A stretch of 64,000 nt of DNA from NCBI RefSeq assembly GCF_009914755.1, contig NC_060931.1; one strand, 5' to 3'. Shown piece after piece: positions 11,364 through 25,137 of the stretch (its first letter is position 1; every line of letters starts with the position of its first letter). This DNA is from the human T2T-CHM13v2.0 reference genome, Homo sapiens. Position numbers and translations under genes: made by a program. The notes under the pieces were generated by a model, which made no database searches, was not told the origin of the DNA, and worked only from the letters and a program-made list of their open reading frames with translations.

Positions 11364-13559
11364 TTATTTCTTCTAAGTTTTCCAATTTGTGTGCATAGAG
11401 GTGTTTGTAATAGTCTCTTATTTTGTATTTCTGTGGGGTTAGTGGTAATGTCTCCTTTGTCATTTCTAATTGTGATTATTTGGATCTTCTCTCTTTTTTT
11501 CTTTATTAGTCTAGCTAGTAATCTATCAATCTTATTTATTCTTTCAAATAGTCAACTCCTGGAATCGTTGATCTTTTGCATGTTTTTCTGTGTCTCAATT
11601 TTATTTAGTTAAGCTCTGATATTGGTTATTTCTTGTCTTCTGCTAGCTTTGGAGTTGGTTTGCTCTTGTTTTATTAGTTTCTCCAGGTGTAATGTTAGGT
11701 TGTTAATTTGAGATCTTTCTAACTTTTTGATGTGGGTGTTTAGTGCTATAAACTTTCTTCTTAACACTGCTTTAGCTGTGTCCTAGAGATTCTGGTATGT
11801 TGTATCTTTGTTCTGGTTAGTTTCAAAGAATTTCTTGATTTCTACCTTAATTTCATTGTTGCCCAAAAGTTATTCAGGAGAAGGTTGTTTAATTTCCATG
11901 TAATTGTATTGTTTTGGGTGATCTTCTTAGTATTGATTTCTATTTTTATTGTGCTGTGGTTCAAGAGTGTAGTTGGTAAGATTTTGGCTTTTTGGAATTT
12001 GTGGGGAATTGTTTTATGGCTGATCGTGTGGGTCGATTTTAGAGTATGTGCCATGTGTAGATGAGAAGTATGTATATTCTGTTGTTTTTAGGTGGAGAGT
12101 TCTGTAGATGGCTGTTAGGTCCCTTTGGTCAAGTGTTTAGTTCAAGTGCTGAATATCCTTGTTATTTTTCTGCCTTGATGACCTATCTATAATGTCAGTC
12201 AGGTGTTGAAGTCTCCCACTGATAGTGTGTGGTTATCTAAGTGTCTTTATAGGTCTCCAAGAACTTGTTTTATAAATCCACATGCCCCTGTATTTGGCAC
12301 ATCTCTCTCTCTATATATTAATATTTAGAATATTTAATTCTTCTTATAGAAGAGAACACTTTACCATCATGTAATACCCTTCTTTATCTTTTTTGCTAGT
12401 TGTTGGTTTAAATTCTGTTTTGTCTGAAATTAGAAATAGCAAGCCCTGATTTTTTTCTGTTTTCTGTTTGCTTTGTAGATTTTATTCTCTATCCCTTTAC
12501 TTTGGGCCTATGGATGTCATTGCATGTGAGATGGGTCTCTTGAAGACAGCATACTGTTGAGTCTTGCTTTTTTATCCAACTTGCCACTTTGTGCCTTTTA
12601 ATTGAGGGCATTTAGCCCATTTACATTCAAGATTAATAATGATATGTATGGATTTTTTTTTCTATTATTGGAAAAGACCTAGGCATAAGGTGATGGAAAG
12701 GGAGATGTCCATTTACAACAACAAAGAGTATACCACCAGTGACATTGAAAAATAAATCCAGTTTTACATCAGTTATCACTGGATACAAAGAAAACAGCAA
12801 CATAAAAATGAAATCCATGATAGACCAAATAGAACAGTAATCCTAGAAGAAAACTGCTAAATAAGAGAATAGAAGAAGTTTTTTTTTTTAAATCCTCTAC
12901 TTAATATGCTTTGAGAGGTTCAAGAAGGTTTTGTATCTATAAAATAAGAACATTGTGATATGAAAAAGGAACAATCATAGAATATAAAAGAGCTCTTGGA
13001 AATTAAGCATCTTTTCCTAAAATTAAAAATTTTAAATAATTGAAAGATAAACTTAAATATATATCCTATAACATGAAAATAAAGAATAAAGAGACAGAAA
13101 AGTTAAGCAGGGAGAATCATCCAAGGAAGTACAATATATTACTACTTTCATAACAAGCTTCAGAAATCGACGTTATCATGCATGTATCTTATTGATAGAA
13201 ATAAATGAATGCAAATCCATGTCAAAAGAAGTTCTTCATGTACTTGTTTTAAATTTGAATGGGCTCTTCTCTGCTCTATGTAGAATATGGTCTTAGGATC
13301 ACAGATTCATTCCTTTGATAATTTCAGAGCTTATGAAACATGTTAACCTTATTAAAATCATGTTAATCTTAACCATTATCAAGGCCAAAACAGAGTTGGG
13401 GTGCAGACCAGGAGATCTCATAGGAAGGATATCACAAGGAGTGATCATATCTGATTTTGATGCTGGGAAACTTGTGCCTGCCTCCACTATCCTACTCTGG
13501 GCATAGGCACTTAAACAGTTCTCTCCCCAAAAATAATCCAGTAATTTCCATCAAGTATT

Positions 13560-13848
13560 TGCCTGGATTGTTCCTCACTTCAGTCAAATTTCTGTTCAAA
13601 TATTATCTCCAAAAGAGGCTTGCCCTGATCCTCTGAACAAAAAAGACCTCTCCTACACTATAACTCTCTATCTGTTTAGCCAGCTTGACATTTTGACATT
13701 TCTTCTTATAAATGCCTGGCAGTACGGTATGTATTTTCTATCTTCCCCACAGGAATGTATGCTTCATGAGGCTCAGGAGCTTTTTTGTTTGCCTTAGTAT
13801 TCCCAGTGCTTGGCACATGGTAAATGGTCAATAAATGCTATTATTTGG
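13560..13848 (+). mobile_element. L2 3' end
   Basis: GAATGTATGCTTCATGAGG...CCCAGTGCTTGGCACATGGTAAATGGTCAATAAATG. Confidence 0.7.
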
Positions 13849-14789
13849 TGGACTCTATGCAGGGATACCATAAGGGAAATTCTGTAGTGTTTTTATATTT
13901 TAGGGGGCTTCTCTTTCCATTTTCCACTCCTGTCCTTAGCTCCTTTCCTGCTGGGGTTGCTGTGAGAACCAAAATGGCTGACAAGGATAGCAAAAATGCA
14001 GACAGAAGGGCTGGGGTCAGAGGGGAGTGTTCCAATTGTGATGGTGGAACTGTGTTAGCCCTGAATGCTATTCTTATGGAAATTTTTACCCTTATCCCTG
14101 CAACACGTTCTAACCACATGACTGTCTCAATTGCCAGAGTTCAAGCTCTTGGGAGTGGAAGTCTTTGAAGCTAGGAGAAAAATTTATAGAATTTGGATCA
14201 TATGTTATTTGTTCAGCTTCAGTTACAAATGACTTAGCAAAACAAAGTTTAAAGTTCCCAACTGAGCATTTAAAATAAAAATAGAATTTTGCAGAGAGCA
14301 TAACACCTTTCATTGCAAGAAGGAATAAGCAAGCAGTGAGCCTTTTCTGGAAAATGGCATGACGGAACAATCCAAGGTGACTGGAAATTTTTGTGGGAAA
14401 CTACAAAATTCTAGCTACTGATGACCTCCTTGCTTTTGCAATGCTGAGAGATGGTCATCAAAGTATATGCTTAGCTACAAATAATTCTTAAGTTCTGATA
14501 TGTCTAAGGAGCTGAGTGGGAGGGAGTTGCTTCATAGTGGCTATTTTAACTCCATACATTGAAAGTTTATTTCCTTGTACTTTTGTAAGTTAAAGGAAAG
14601 CCTCATTTTTCCACCACCTTGCTCACTTTATAATTGTCCACAAATGAGCAATTGTAGGAGTCAGCACTAATGAAAATGATAAGAGTGAACTAAATTATAT
14701 ATTTGGGAGAGACCACAATTAGACCTATTAGCCATCTGATATGGAAGGTTATAAAGCCATAACAAGAGGTCTAAGATTCTATTCCTTCC

Positions 14790-15140
14790 ATTTTCAACCC
14801 TGCTGCACCATTGCACATGCCATTCCTACTCCTGGGAATGCTATTTCTCCCAATCTGGTGAATTAATCTCATGTGATGTCTACTCAGTTGTCGTTCCCAT
14901 CGTGCAGCCTTCCTTGACCATTTTTTCCCCCAAGTAGTGTTAGTTACTTTCCCCTCTAAGTTCCCACAGCACTTCTTTTTCATGCCTCTATTATAGACCC
15001 AATCACACACTATAAATAAGAGTTTGTTTGTACCCTTCACTCAATTATTAAGTCGTCCAGGGTAGGGACCAACACCCTTTTTATTCTTGTGGTATCTAGT
15101 GTTTAGCACAGTAGCTGGCCCAGAAAGTGAATAGATGAGT
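14790..15140 (+). mobile_element. L2 3' end
   Basis: TTGCACATGCCATTCCTACTCCTGGGAATGC...CTAGTGTTTAGCACAGTAGCTGGC...TGAATAGATGA. Confidence 0.6.
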
Positions 15141-17129
15141 GATGTCAGTCATCCATAATATACATTGATCAACTATCACTCCAATTTTATATCCAAATTC
15201 TCACATGGCAGACTGTCAGTCTCAGCCTGAAGCTGCCCCTTTGCCCATGGATGAAGTCCTTGCAGGAGAGGTGTTCCTCTGCACGTCTCTGGAATGAAAT
15301 TGCATGGGGCATCCCAGGTGGCAGAGGTTACCCTGATTCCTATTGGCATGATGGATCATTGCTGTTAGGTACATTGCTGTGTGCTTCCTTCCCATTTCGG
15401 TGAGTTCTTAGCAGACCCGAAGGGCTTACTATTCAACCTGCTCCAGATGCAAAGCTGTGGTTGACAGGAAGCTTGGGTCTACTTCTTGGTGTTCTCTGCC
15501 TATCTTTGATGACACACATATTCTGCTGAGATCAACCAACAGCAGCATGGAGCAGCTCGTCCTGCTCCTTTAAATAAATTTCCCTGTTGTTTTGAGTCTC
15601 TGCCTTTTCAAAAGAGTGACCAGATGTCTTTGAGTGCCTCAGGCAGGCTTGGCACCAGAAGACTCTGCCATTGATCCCAGTGTAACTCCATCAGGATGCT
15701 GGGCCAAGATGCTGGATCAGGCTCTCCTACCTGCCCTGAGTTTGGGGACTTTCCCAACACAGGCTGAGTTTTTGGACATTTGTATAGGGCTTAGTAAATC
15801 TGCACTTGCTAACTTATCAACAGGCCCTTAAATAAACAAACAAAACCTCTCTAAGATCATCTTTTCATGCAGTGGAGATAGAATTAGGTCAAGTTCATTA
15901 TTTCAGAACCTGGCATCATGCTTTCCCCAAGTAGGTGGAGAACATATTCATGCTGAGCTGTTGAGCCTGGGAGCAAGGGGCTAAGGCACCCCTCCCCAGA
16001 GTGACAACAATTAATCATGTTCATTCTTGTTAAAATTAATGGATGTATCCTTGGAAGGCCCAACTGTCAACCAGCCAAGTCAGCATACTGGTACCTCAAT
16101 TGCAAATGTGGCTTTCGATTCTTGGTTTCTTAATCTGAAAAATGTGAGAAATTAGTAGTTCACTGGAGGTATTCTTAAGAACACTGTTATTGCTCCTGGG
16201 TGCTGTGTTTTAGGATACTCAAGCCCCATGGATAGATGGTGGAGTTCAAATAGCACAACACAGAGCAACAGGAGCCCTGACTTCCAGGCTGCTGCTGCCA
16301 ACATCTAGCAGTGTGGCTTTGTGACAGCTGCTTACTTTTCTGGACCTCACACTCATCTTGTAGAAGATGAAAGTTCTTTCCACCTCTAGTAACTCAAGCA
16401 CAGAGAGATCACCAGAAGCCCCAGGGATTCTGATTTTCTGCCTGCACATGTAGGCTCTACCTCAACAAACAAGCTCCAGGTGGTCTGGCTCTGTTTTGTC
16501 CAGATCTGTCCACAAGGCCCCATGCTCCTGGGAGTACCATTTTCACAGACTAGAATCCAATGGTGTCCCTGAAATTTTGAGACAAAAACATATATCAAAG
16601 CCTGATTATTTCTCCCTTGAAAAGAGATGTCTATTTTAAACTTCATAGCTAAAATTAAATAGATAATGATGTATAAATCAAGAAGCAAAGGATCATTTTG
16701 TAAAAAGAAATCTGAATACTGCATACCCTATAGCCAATAATTTTCAGGGAAGCATAGCTACCTCAAATATAATAGCATATATATGTGCTTCTCCCCATAG
16801 TACCAGCAGTTTTCTTCTTTCTCAAGATCCTCCAGTGTTCAGAGCTATCTTTGCTTCCTTTCCCTCATCTTTTCTATCCAATCTGCTGTTGATCCTTATG
16901 TGTTGTTACTGTCTTCATTTCTGATATCAGCCTTTCTCTTTTCTTTCTTATTCTTTCTTCAAGCTTTCACTATTGTCATATGGAACAACTACAATATCTT
17001 TTGTTTTTTCTACTTTTAGTATCTTTCCTTTCCGAGCCATATCACATGCCACTGCCAGATAAATCTTCACGAAGCACAGCTCTGACTAAGCCCAAGCCCA
17101 GATCTTACATTGGCCCTCACTGCCTACCA

Positions 17130-17640
17130 GCAGTGGTTAATACTGTGGGCTGTTTAGACAGACTCTTTGGGGTTGGATCTTGGCTCTGCAGCTTGCTAAC
17201 TGTGCTCTTGCATAAGTTGCACCACTTCTGCAAGCCTCTCTTTCTTCTTCTGTAAAGTATAATAATTATTATTTTTTTTTGAGACGGAGTCTCACTGTAT
17301 TGCCTAGGCTAGAGTGCAGTGGTGCGATATCAGCTCACTGCAACATCTGCCTCCCGAGTTCAAGCAATTCTTCTGCCTCAGCCTCCCAGAGTAGCTGGGA
17401 TTACAGGTGTCCATCACCATGCCCGGCTAATTTTTGTATTTTTAGTTCAGACAGGGTTTCACCATGTTGGCCAGGCTGGAATCAAACTCCTGACCTCAGG
17501 AGATCCACCCGCCTTGACCTCTCAAAGTGCTGGGATTACAGGCATGAGCCGTGGTGGGGAGCCTGGAATTAATTATTGATCCAACATTAGAGAGTGGTTA
17601 TAGAGTTTAAATGAGGAAATATATGCTTTACATATAGTAA
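17130..17640 (+). mobile_element. MIR split by an Alu
   Basis: CAGTGGTTAA...TGGCTCTGCAGCTTGCTAACTGTG...CTGTAAAG before the Alu; GGTTATAGAGTTTAAATGAG after it. Confidence 0.7.
17272..17550 (-). mobile_element. AluSx-like
   Basis: Poly-T, GAGACGGAGTCTCACT, CTCCTGACCTCAGG, AAAGTGCTGGGATTACAGGCATGAGCC. Confidence 0.92.
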
Positions 17641-17877
17641 TTGTCACAGGCTGCCAGCTGCTCTTTTTACCATTGGTACATGGTTCTTCAGAATCAGGCC
17701 TTAATATTTCTACCCAAACATGTGTGTCACTAACTCCCTTTATGTCACCTGTGGGGGTCTGGATTGTTCCCTTTTCCTTACAGTATACTCAGGTATTCCT
17801 ACATCTGTACTTGAAGACATGTAGGACTTTACACCTGATTCCTTACTTACCCATGGTTAGATCAGTCTTTCAAAAAA

Positions 17878-18530
17878 ATACATGGAAAATTTCATATATA
17901 TGCCAAAAATACAGAGAAGAGTGAAATGAACGTTCATGTACCCATCACCCAGCTACTGCAATGAACCAGTACGTAGCCAATCTTGTTTTAACCTCACCCC
18001 TAAATGGATTATTTTGAACCAGATCCCAGATATTATGCCATTTCATCTACAAATACTTCAGTAAGTAATTCCAAAAGATAAGGACTCATTTAAAAAACAA
18101 TCACAATACTATTACCACTTCTAAAAAGTAAAGTCATTTTTGAATATCAAGGATCTAGTCAATGTTTAAGTTTCCCCAATTGTCTCATAAATGTCTGTTA
18201 AATATTTTTTGTAGTTGGTGTATTCAAATCAGGATTCAAAGTCCGCATATTTTATTTGGTTGCTATGTCTCTTCAGTCTATTTTAATAAATACATTCCCG
18301 CTCCCTCTTTTCTTCCTTGTAATTTATTTCTTAAAGAAACTGGATCCTTTGTCCTGTAGATTTCCCCCACAGTCTGCTTTTTGCTGATTGCATACCATGG
18401 CATGGTTTAGTTTGTTCTTCTGTTTTTTGTATTACTCAGAAATTGGTAGTTAGGTCTACAGGCTTGATCAGGCTCAGGCTTAAAATTTTTGAAGAGAATC
18501 ATTCATAGGCAATGTCAAGAAATATTTTTT
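17878..18530 (-). mobile_element. L1MC/L1ME 3' UTR
   Basis: ATGGAAAATTTCA...CATGTACCCATCACCCAGCT...GATTATTTTGAACCAGATCCCAGATATTAT is typical antisense old L1 3' end. Confidence 0.7.
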
Positions 18531-18696
18531 AATCATTGAGTCCTGGGCATGGTTCTCAGTGTACGGGGGGCATGAGTCACCTCGCCCACCACAGGTTGCA
18601 TACTCCTCCTCAGGGTCTACTGCAGTGATATTTTCTTGAGAATAAGTTTTTGCCTGGCATCAGCGCTTTGTAGGTATGAGTCTTCCTTTCCTCTTA

Positions 18697-19212
18697 GTGA
18701 TGGTTAAATTTAGGTGTCTACTTGACTGGATTAAGGGATACTCAGATAGCTGGTAAAACGTTATTTCTGGGTGTGCCTGTGTGGGTGTCTCCGGAAGAGA
18801 TAAAGTTGGTGGACTAAGTAAGGAAGAACCACCCTTGGCCAATGTGGGTGGGCCCCATCCAGTTGGCTGGGGGGCCTAGCTAGAACAAAAATGCAGAGGA
18901 AAGGTGAATTCTTTCTCTCTTTTTCTGGAGCTGGAATATCATTCTTTACCTGCCCTTGGACATCAGAACTCCAGGTTCTCCAGCTTCTGGATTCTGGGAC
19001 TGGTTGTCCCCCAGGTTCTCAGGCCTTTAGCCTTGGCCTGAGAGTTACACCACCTACTTCCCTGAGTCTGAGGCCTTTGGACTTGCACTGAGGATGCTAC
19101 CAGCTTCCCTGGTTCTCAAGCTTGCAGTCAGCCTACTGTGGGACTTCTCAGCGCACTTCCCCAACCCAGCATGAGCTAATCCCCCTAAGAAATACACTCT
19201 CATCTCTCTCTC

Positions 19213-19259
<47 letters not shown>

Positions 19260-19285
19260 CTCTTGCTTCTTCTCTTTGGAGATCA
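18697..19285 (+). mobile_element. MLT2B-type ERVL solo LTR with internal (TA)n
   Basis: TGATGGTTAAATTTAGGTGTCTACTTGACTGGATTAAGGGATACTCAGATAGCTGGTAAAAC; (TA)n at 19218-19256 at the usual MLT2 position. Confidence 0.88.
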
Positions 19286-19364
19286 ACTTTATAAACATCT
19301 TTTTCTCCATCACCCTGAACCTGCCTAGGGAGGTTTTAATAACAAACAACAGTAAGAACCACGC

Positions 19365-19560
19365 TAAATAACTAGGTACCTTTTTGATTGCTTAGCCTGT
19401 GCCAGGCACTGTACTAAGACTTTAGCGTGCATTATCTCGTATCATTTCACAAGAACTTTATGACAAAGGTATTTTACTATTCTCCTTCCAGAGATGAGAA
19501 CACTGAAGCCAATAATTTAAGAACTTCACTCAAAGAACTTGTAAGTGATGCCCCGAATCA
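19365..19560 (-). mobile_element. MIR
   Basis: TGTGCCAGGCACTGTACTAAG...CAGAGATGAGAACACTGAAG. Confidence 0.75.
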
Positions 19561-19774
19561 CTGGGATTGATCTTTAGAGTTGGGTCCTTACCTATCACAG
19601 TGATCCAGCCCTATGGAAAACACCACTCCCTTTCCTCCATGAGAAACCCTTGACTTTTCCTTGTGAACTGGGGTGCTGAGTTACTAGGTGTTAGCAGAGC
19701 TTTTCCATTAATGGGTGAAGGTGTTGAGAGTGTAAATTCAGTTTTGAAAAATGCCTTGAGAGCTGCAGCTTAAA

Positions 19775-20310
<536 letters not shown>

Positions 20311-20684
20311 TATATTCTTGCCATCACCATTCAAAGTATTTAAACAATTACGAGAAAGAAATAGCTTTAAAATAACATTTTCTATCTCATGCTGCAAAAG
20401 GCGCCCCCCCCCACTTCCTTTAACCATTTACTTCATTTCATTTCTTTTCCTCATAAGAAAAATGAAAAGTACAGAGGTTTCTCCCCACCTCCTCCCCCAC
20501 CACACACATTTTAATTAAGGTGTCTTTTGAGAAAGAATACTTTAATCCAAAGTGATCACTTTGATACTCGAAGAGACACATTTGGAGGCTACTTGGCGAG
20601 GGGGAATTAAAGACAGAGAAGCTGAATAAATAGCAAGCAAAATGTTAATGTTTTGGCTTTGTGGTGTCTGCATCTGAGAGCACT

Positions 20685-20995
20685 CCACGCAGATTTTCTT
20701 GGCCGGCTCCAGCTGGAAGCCTTCGGTGTCTCCTTTTGTGTGCGCGGGAGCCTGGCTGCGGATTGCCGCGCTGCCCCTAGAGGTCAGTCTGATCCAGGGA
20801 TTGTCTCGAATCCGCGCAGCTCTGGACCCGAAAGGAGAGGCTCAGGGAGAGGATAATGCGGTTGCCAAGTGCCAGGCTTGGCCTGGGTGAGAACCCGGGG
20901 CTGCGCGAGCACGGTGGCCTCGGTGCGTCCCCCGGCTGTCCCCGCCGCGCTGGGCGGCCCTGCCGCAAGTTCTCTCTACTTTCTCAACACGGGTT
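20685..20995. promoter_or_regulatory. Small non-repeat CpG island, candidate promoter or first exon
   Basis: About 26 CpGs in ~310 bp of unique GC-rich sequence; GC box TGGGCGG near 20951; candidate donor TGG|GTGAGA at 20887. Confidence 0.7.
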
Positions 20996-21399
20996 TGCCA
21001 AAGTCAGAAAAGGTTGGGATTTTTCTTCAACGTGATATGACTGGGGTTAGCTTGACTTTGTAATGGTAAAAAGAAAAGATGAATGTAAATGGCTTAGTGA
21101 TATTTTCTATTAAACTATGATTTTTGCTTGTGCTGCATTCAACTGACTGCAACCAGGAGCCAGACGGCCTGAGACCTGTGAGGCCCTTTCCATCAAGAAA
21201 CCAGATTTCATTTCACAAGAAACTGAGGCCCAGGGAAGAAAAACAACCAAAACACTGTTGAAGTCACTTGAAAACAAGTCTCAACTCAGGGTTATTTCCA
21301 CTATACATAATCTCATTATTTAAAATATGATGAAGGATTATTGGTTTTAAAGGCCTTGAATTGACATAAGAAACAGTTAGGTATTTAGTTGGCAAACTG

Positions 21400-21625
21400 G
21401 CATAGCTGGTTGAATTCAGAGGCAGGTTGTGTTCAGATGGGGGAGGAGGGAAACCAAGAGTTACCCCTATTTGTGAGGTCCTAGGCAGATTACTTTACCT
21501 CTCTGTGCCTCAGTTTACTCATCTGTAAGATGGGATAAATCGCAAGGCTTTATTTCAGGAAAAAAAGCTAGAGAATAATTCAGTGAGCACTCTGTGAATG
21601 TTGGTGGCCGTTGTTTATTATTATG
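21400..21625 (+). mobile_element. MIR
   Basis: Core ACCTCTCTGTGCCTCAGTTTACTCATCTGTAAGATGGGATAA. Confidence 0.7.
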
Positions 21626-22329
21626 AGTAGAAACATTGCAAGGGAAGTCTTGAACACAGAGGGAGGGGTGGGAATGCACTTTCTCATCTTGAGGGGCTCA
21701 ACATTACTCCTTCAGTTTTTTCCCTGCATGACTTTCAAAGTCATCTTCTTTAAATATCTTTCATGACCAACCCCCTCCATCCCCTCACCCCCCATACAAA
21801 AATTCAATGTCCTATTAAAGCAGAAGGAATGTCACTTGGGAACTAGGTAGTGGAATTGGGATTGAGGTGATAAGGACTAGCATGGCAAGTGTTGGAGGGG
21901 AAAAGTCTGCCCCAAGAGACATTTCCAGGGAAGAATTCTCAGGGTTTAGCAACGTCCTCAAGTTTAAATTCTAAAGGAACAGGACCTTCCCTGGGACTTT
22001 GGCTATGTTCTTTCTTGCCCTGTGGTCAGTTAGGTGTGTATTGTTCATACTCAGATTGTCCAATCTCAGCTTCCTAGAGAACAGAGATTCCATCCTACAG
22101 CTGGCTTCTTGTGCAGGGGTGCTTATGAAATGCTTCCCTTTGGTGCAGATTGCTGGACAAGGTGCTCACTGCAGTCTCCTCCTTACAAACCATCTTAGGT
22201 ACCATTATTTTTGTCCAGACACCCTGTATAAGATAAACAGGGAGAAAGCTGATTCAATTGCTGACCACTGTCTTTGGGCTTTTCTGTCTTCTCTCCATTG
22301 ATTTTGCTGTGTTTGTAGTATTTGAAGAT

Positions 22330-23440
22330 CTTGCTACACATTTTCGTCTCATTGATATGTATTTTACCCTTTGGAGAGGGGCTGATGTCCAATCTTCCTT
22401 TAACCTGGCAGGTCTTGAGATATTTGAAGACAGCTACCAAGACTCCTCTAATTCTTCCTTTTTTTTGGTTGTCTTTAACCATTCCTCATGGGGCATGATT
22501 TTTAGAGTCATCATTATCTTGGTTACCACTGGTTTCTAGATCTTCTCCCCTTTGTAGATATCTCTCGTCACCTCCTAGATATTGTTACTCAGAAGTAAAT
22601 CCAATGCTGTGGCTAGGATCAAATTTTCTCACAGCTCTAGTTTATCTTCTGCTTTCTTTGGAAGACTACACTGTCATTAATACCTTCCAGTACTATATTA
22701 GTGCCTCTGATGGCAGTATTTTGCTCTTGAATCATGGAGCTTATAGCCAAACAATCTCCAAAGTCTTTCTTACATCAGTGGCCACTGGGTCATATTACTC
22801 CCCATCTTGTCCTTGATTAGCTGGTTGTCTGAATCCAAAACCTGGGTCTTATACTTAATTCAACAATAGCAACTTGTACATTTTGTAGACTATTAGTCTT
22901 TTTGGCCAGACTATGAATTCCTTGAGTCCAGACATTCTGCCTCTCAACTCTCTATTTCTAGTGCCTACCACAGTGCCTGGCATTTTATAGGTGGTTTACA
23001 AACATGGAATAAAAGCATGGCCTATTGAAAGTCTCTGAATCCTAATTTTCTTATTCATAAATACTCACAATATTATCCATAATATATAAATGTTACATGT
23101 AAGTGTGTTAAAGTGTTCTTCTCTCCTCATCCCAAATTAGTAATGTTTTGATTAAGACAGAGCCATATAGGACCTAACTAGACACCACCATTCATAAAAT
23201 CCAAGGAAAATAATGGCAGTAATCAACATTGACCTGACCGTCGTTCATCAATATATCACACATTTACTTTCTTTTCCTTATATCTAGATTAAATTTTGGG
23301 ATCTTGACCATAAAGATTTCAGGAAATTTTGTTGAATGCTGTGTTAAAATCAAGAGGCATGATAGCCGTGGCATTCCTGAGATTCAAGTGTAATAGCCAA
23401 GCATAGGAAATGAGGTCAGTGCATCACAACTTGAGTTTTA
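22330..23440 (-). mobile_element. L3/CR1 LINE RT remnant, with a small L2 piece at about 22900-23010
   Basis: Minus ORF contains RIRGVLVAVFKYLK (compare CR1 RLRGDLIAVFKYLK); 23327-23351 antisense reads DFNTAFNK (compare DFSKAFDK). Confidence 0.75.
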
Positions 23441-25137
23441 GTGATTTTCTGCTTCTGCAGGCAAATTGCTTAATGTTTCAGTGTTACTACTGCCTAGTGG
23501 AGAAATGTGGATAAAAGTGTACCATATTATTGGGTTGTTATGTCAGTAGCACAAGATAATCCAGACGAAGCATACAGTATAATGCCTGATACATGGTATA
23601 TGCTTAAAAACATGAACTACTCTTATTATTACTTTTATTTGGCCACCTATGGAACCACTCAGTTGGATTCATATCCAAGAAATTGTGCATTCATCCCCTC
23701 AAGCCTGTTTTGATGTTTTAAATTAGTTTAGCCAGTTTAGTGTCCTTTAGCCAACAACTGTGGTTGGCTCAATGTTTATCATATCAACCTTTTCTGTTTA
23801 CTTGTTTGTTTTGTTTCTTTGCCTGGAAGAGACAAAGACCTGAGTGTGTTTCTTGTGAGCAGATGCATGTGTTTGTTTAAGCCAGTGGCACAGGGCTGGG
23901 AAGAGAATGAGGTGGAGTGGCCAACAGAGAACCTTGTAAATACAGGTCAGGCCAATGCAAAGAAAGTTTGTTGGCTAAATCATCTGTGTATCAGTGATTT
24001 GTGAAAACTGAATGCAGGGAGTTTTCTTCAGCTATCAACAAGGTAGTTTAAGCATCAGGCAAAATGTCCAGCATTTTGAATGCAGTTGTTTAAATTAATA
24101 AACTCTGAAATTCAATATCAACTGAGGTAGTGGTCACTTGCCTCTGCGTGGTTTGACCTTTAGAGTTTTATCATGCGGATTGTTATGCTGCTTCAGTTGA
24201 GTGCGTGTATTGATATCCTCATCTGTCACAGGGGATAGTTCTAGGTAATTGTTACCATGCACTGGTCTATTCCATTCCATTACCAGATTTTTCTAAATTG
24301 GTTTCATGGTTTGGATATTCTTGTGAATTAGATATTATTATCCTGACTTTCCACAGAGATTGAGGACTTTGTCCGGGGTCACACAGCTGGTAAGTGACAA
24401 AGCACGCTCTCTTTGACTCCAACATTCTTGGTTTTAACCACTATATTATGTTAGCTTCTTTGTGACATGCTTTTGTCTTTTAGGCAATCTCAGTTGCTTT
24501 TTCAACTCATATCAGTGAGCTTTGGGAATTCTTTATGGAAGTAGAAGTAGCTTATATTTATTATTAAAAAGAACTAAAGGGTCATATAACATTTTGTTTT
24601 AATCTCTGGAGGAAGTAGATTTGTAAACAGCCATTAACTACTTTCTTTGAGTTTTGAAGTTGAACCCTCAGTTATTCAATTCATAATTGACTCATTAATA
24701 ATTTAGTTAATTCAACAAATATTAATGAAGCACTTACTACGTGCCTGCCACTGTTTGAAGTACTCAGAAACTATGCCAGACTCAAAGCCTTTCTATAGAA
24801 TTTGGATATTATTCTAATCTGAGTGCTCACTTTTCAGAAAGCTTCAGTTCCAACTATCATTGTGATTTAAGTTCTCACTAGATTGGAATATTCTTTATTC
24901 CTTTAATACAGTTTATAGATATGTACACTTAGTCCTGAATCCTGGCCTCTCCTCACCTTTTATGACCACTTAGCCAAAGCCTATGTACTCATCCTTCAAG
25001 GGCCCGGGGCCTACCTTCTGCTTGAAGCCTTCCCAGACCACAGGGCACATATTCTTTCTCCTCTAACTCCAGCTTATGTTTACTGTCTGTAATATTCTTT
25101 TGTCCCATAAGAGCACGACTGTTGGATTCTAATATTT

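Larger units (their letters stand above)
8172..12655 (-). mobile_element. L1PA15/16-like LINE-1, 5'-truncated near the ORF2 start; ORF2 decayed
   Basis: Poly-T then TTTTAGGTTCGGGGGTATGTGTGCAGG 3' end; minus-strand ORF2 peptides ([15 protein letters not shown]; [30 protein letters not shown]; WKLNNLLLNNFW) broken by stops and frameshifts. Confidence 0.95.
7560..13140 (+). mobile_element. Second HAL1-like remnant (about 7560-8170 and 12660-13140), split by MER20 and an L1PA
   Basis: AAAAGGAACAATCATAGAATATAAAAGAGCTCTTGGAAATTAAG at about 12965-13005 is HAL1/ORF1-like and parallels 6015-6110. Confidence 0.5.

Noticed and set aside
9564-12054. Minus-strand ORFs with RT/endonuclease-like peptides
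   Set aside because: Fragments of a frameshifted L1 ORF2, not a gene
17279-17579. ORFs of 86-134 aa over Alus (also 19868-20272, 33308-33678, 38928-39234)
   Set aside because: Typical antisense-Alu translations with no independent coding evidence
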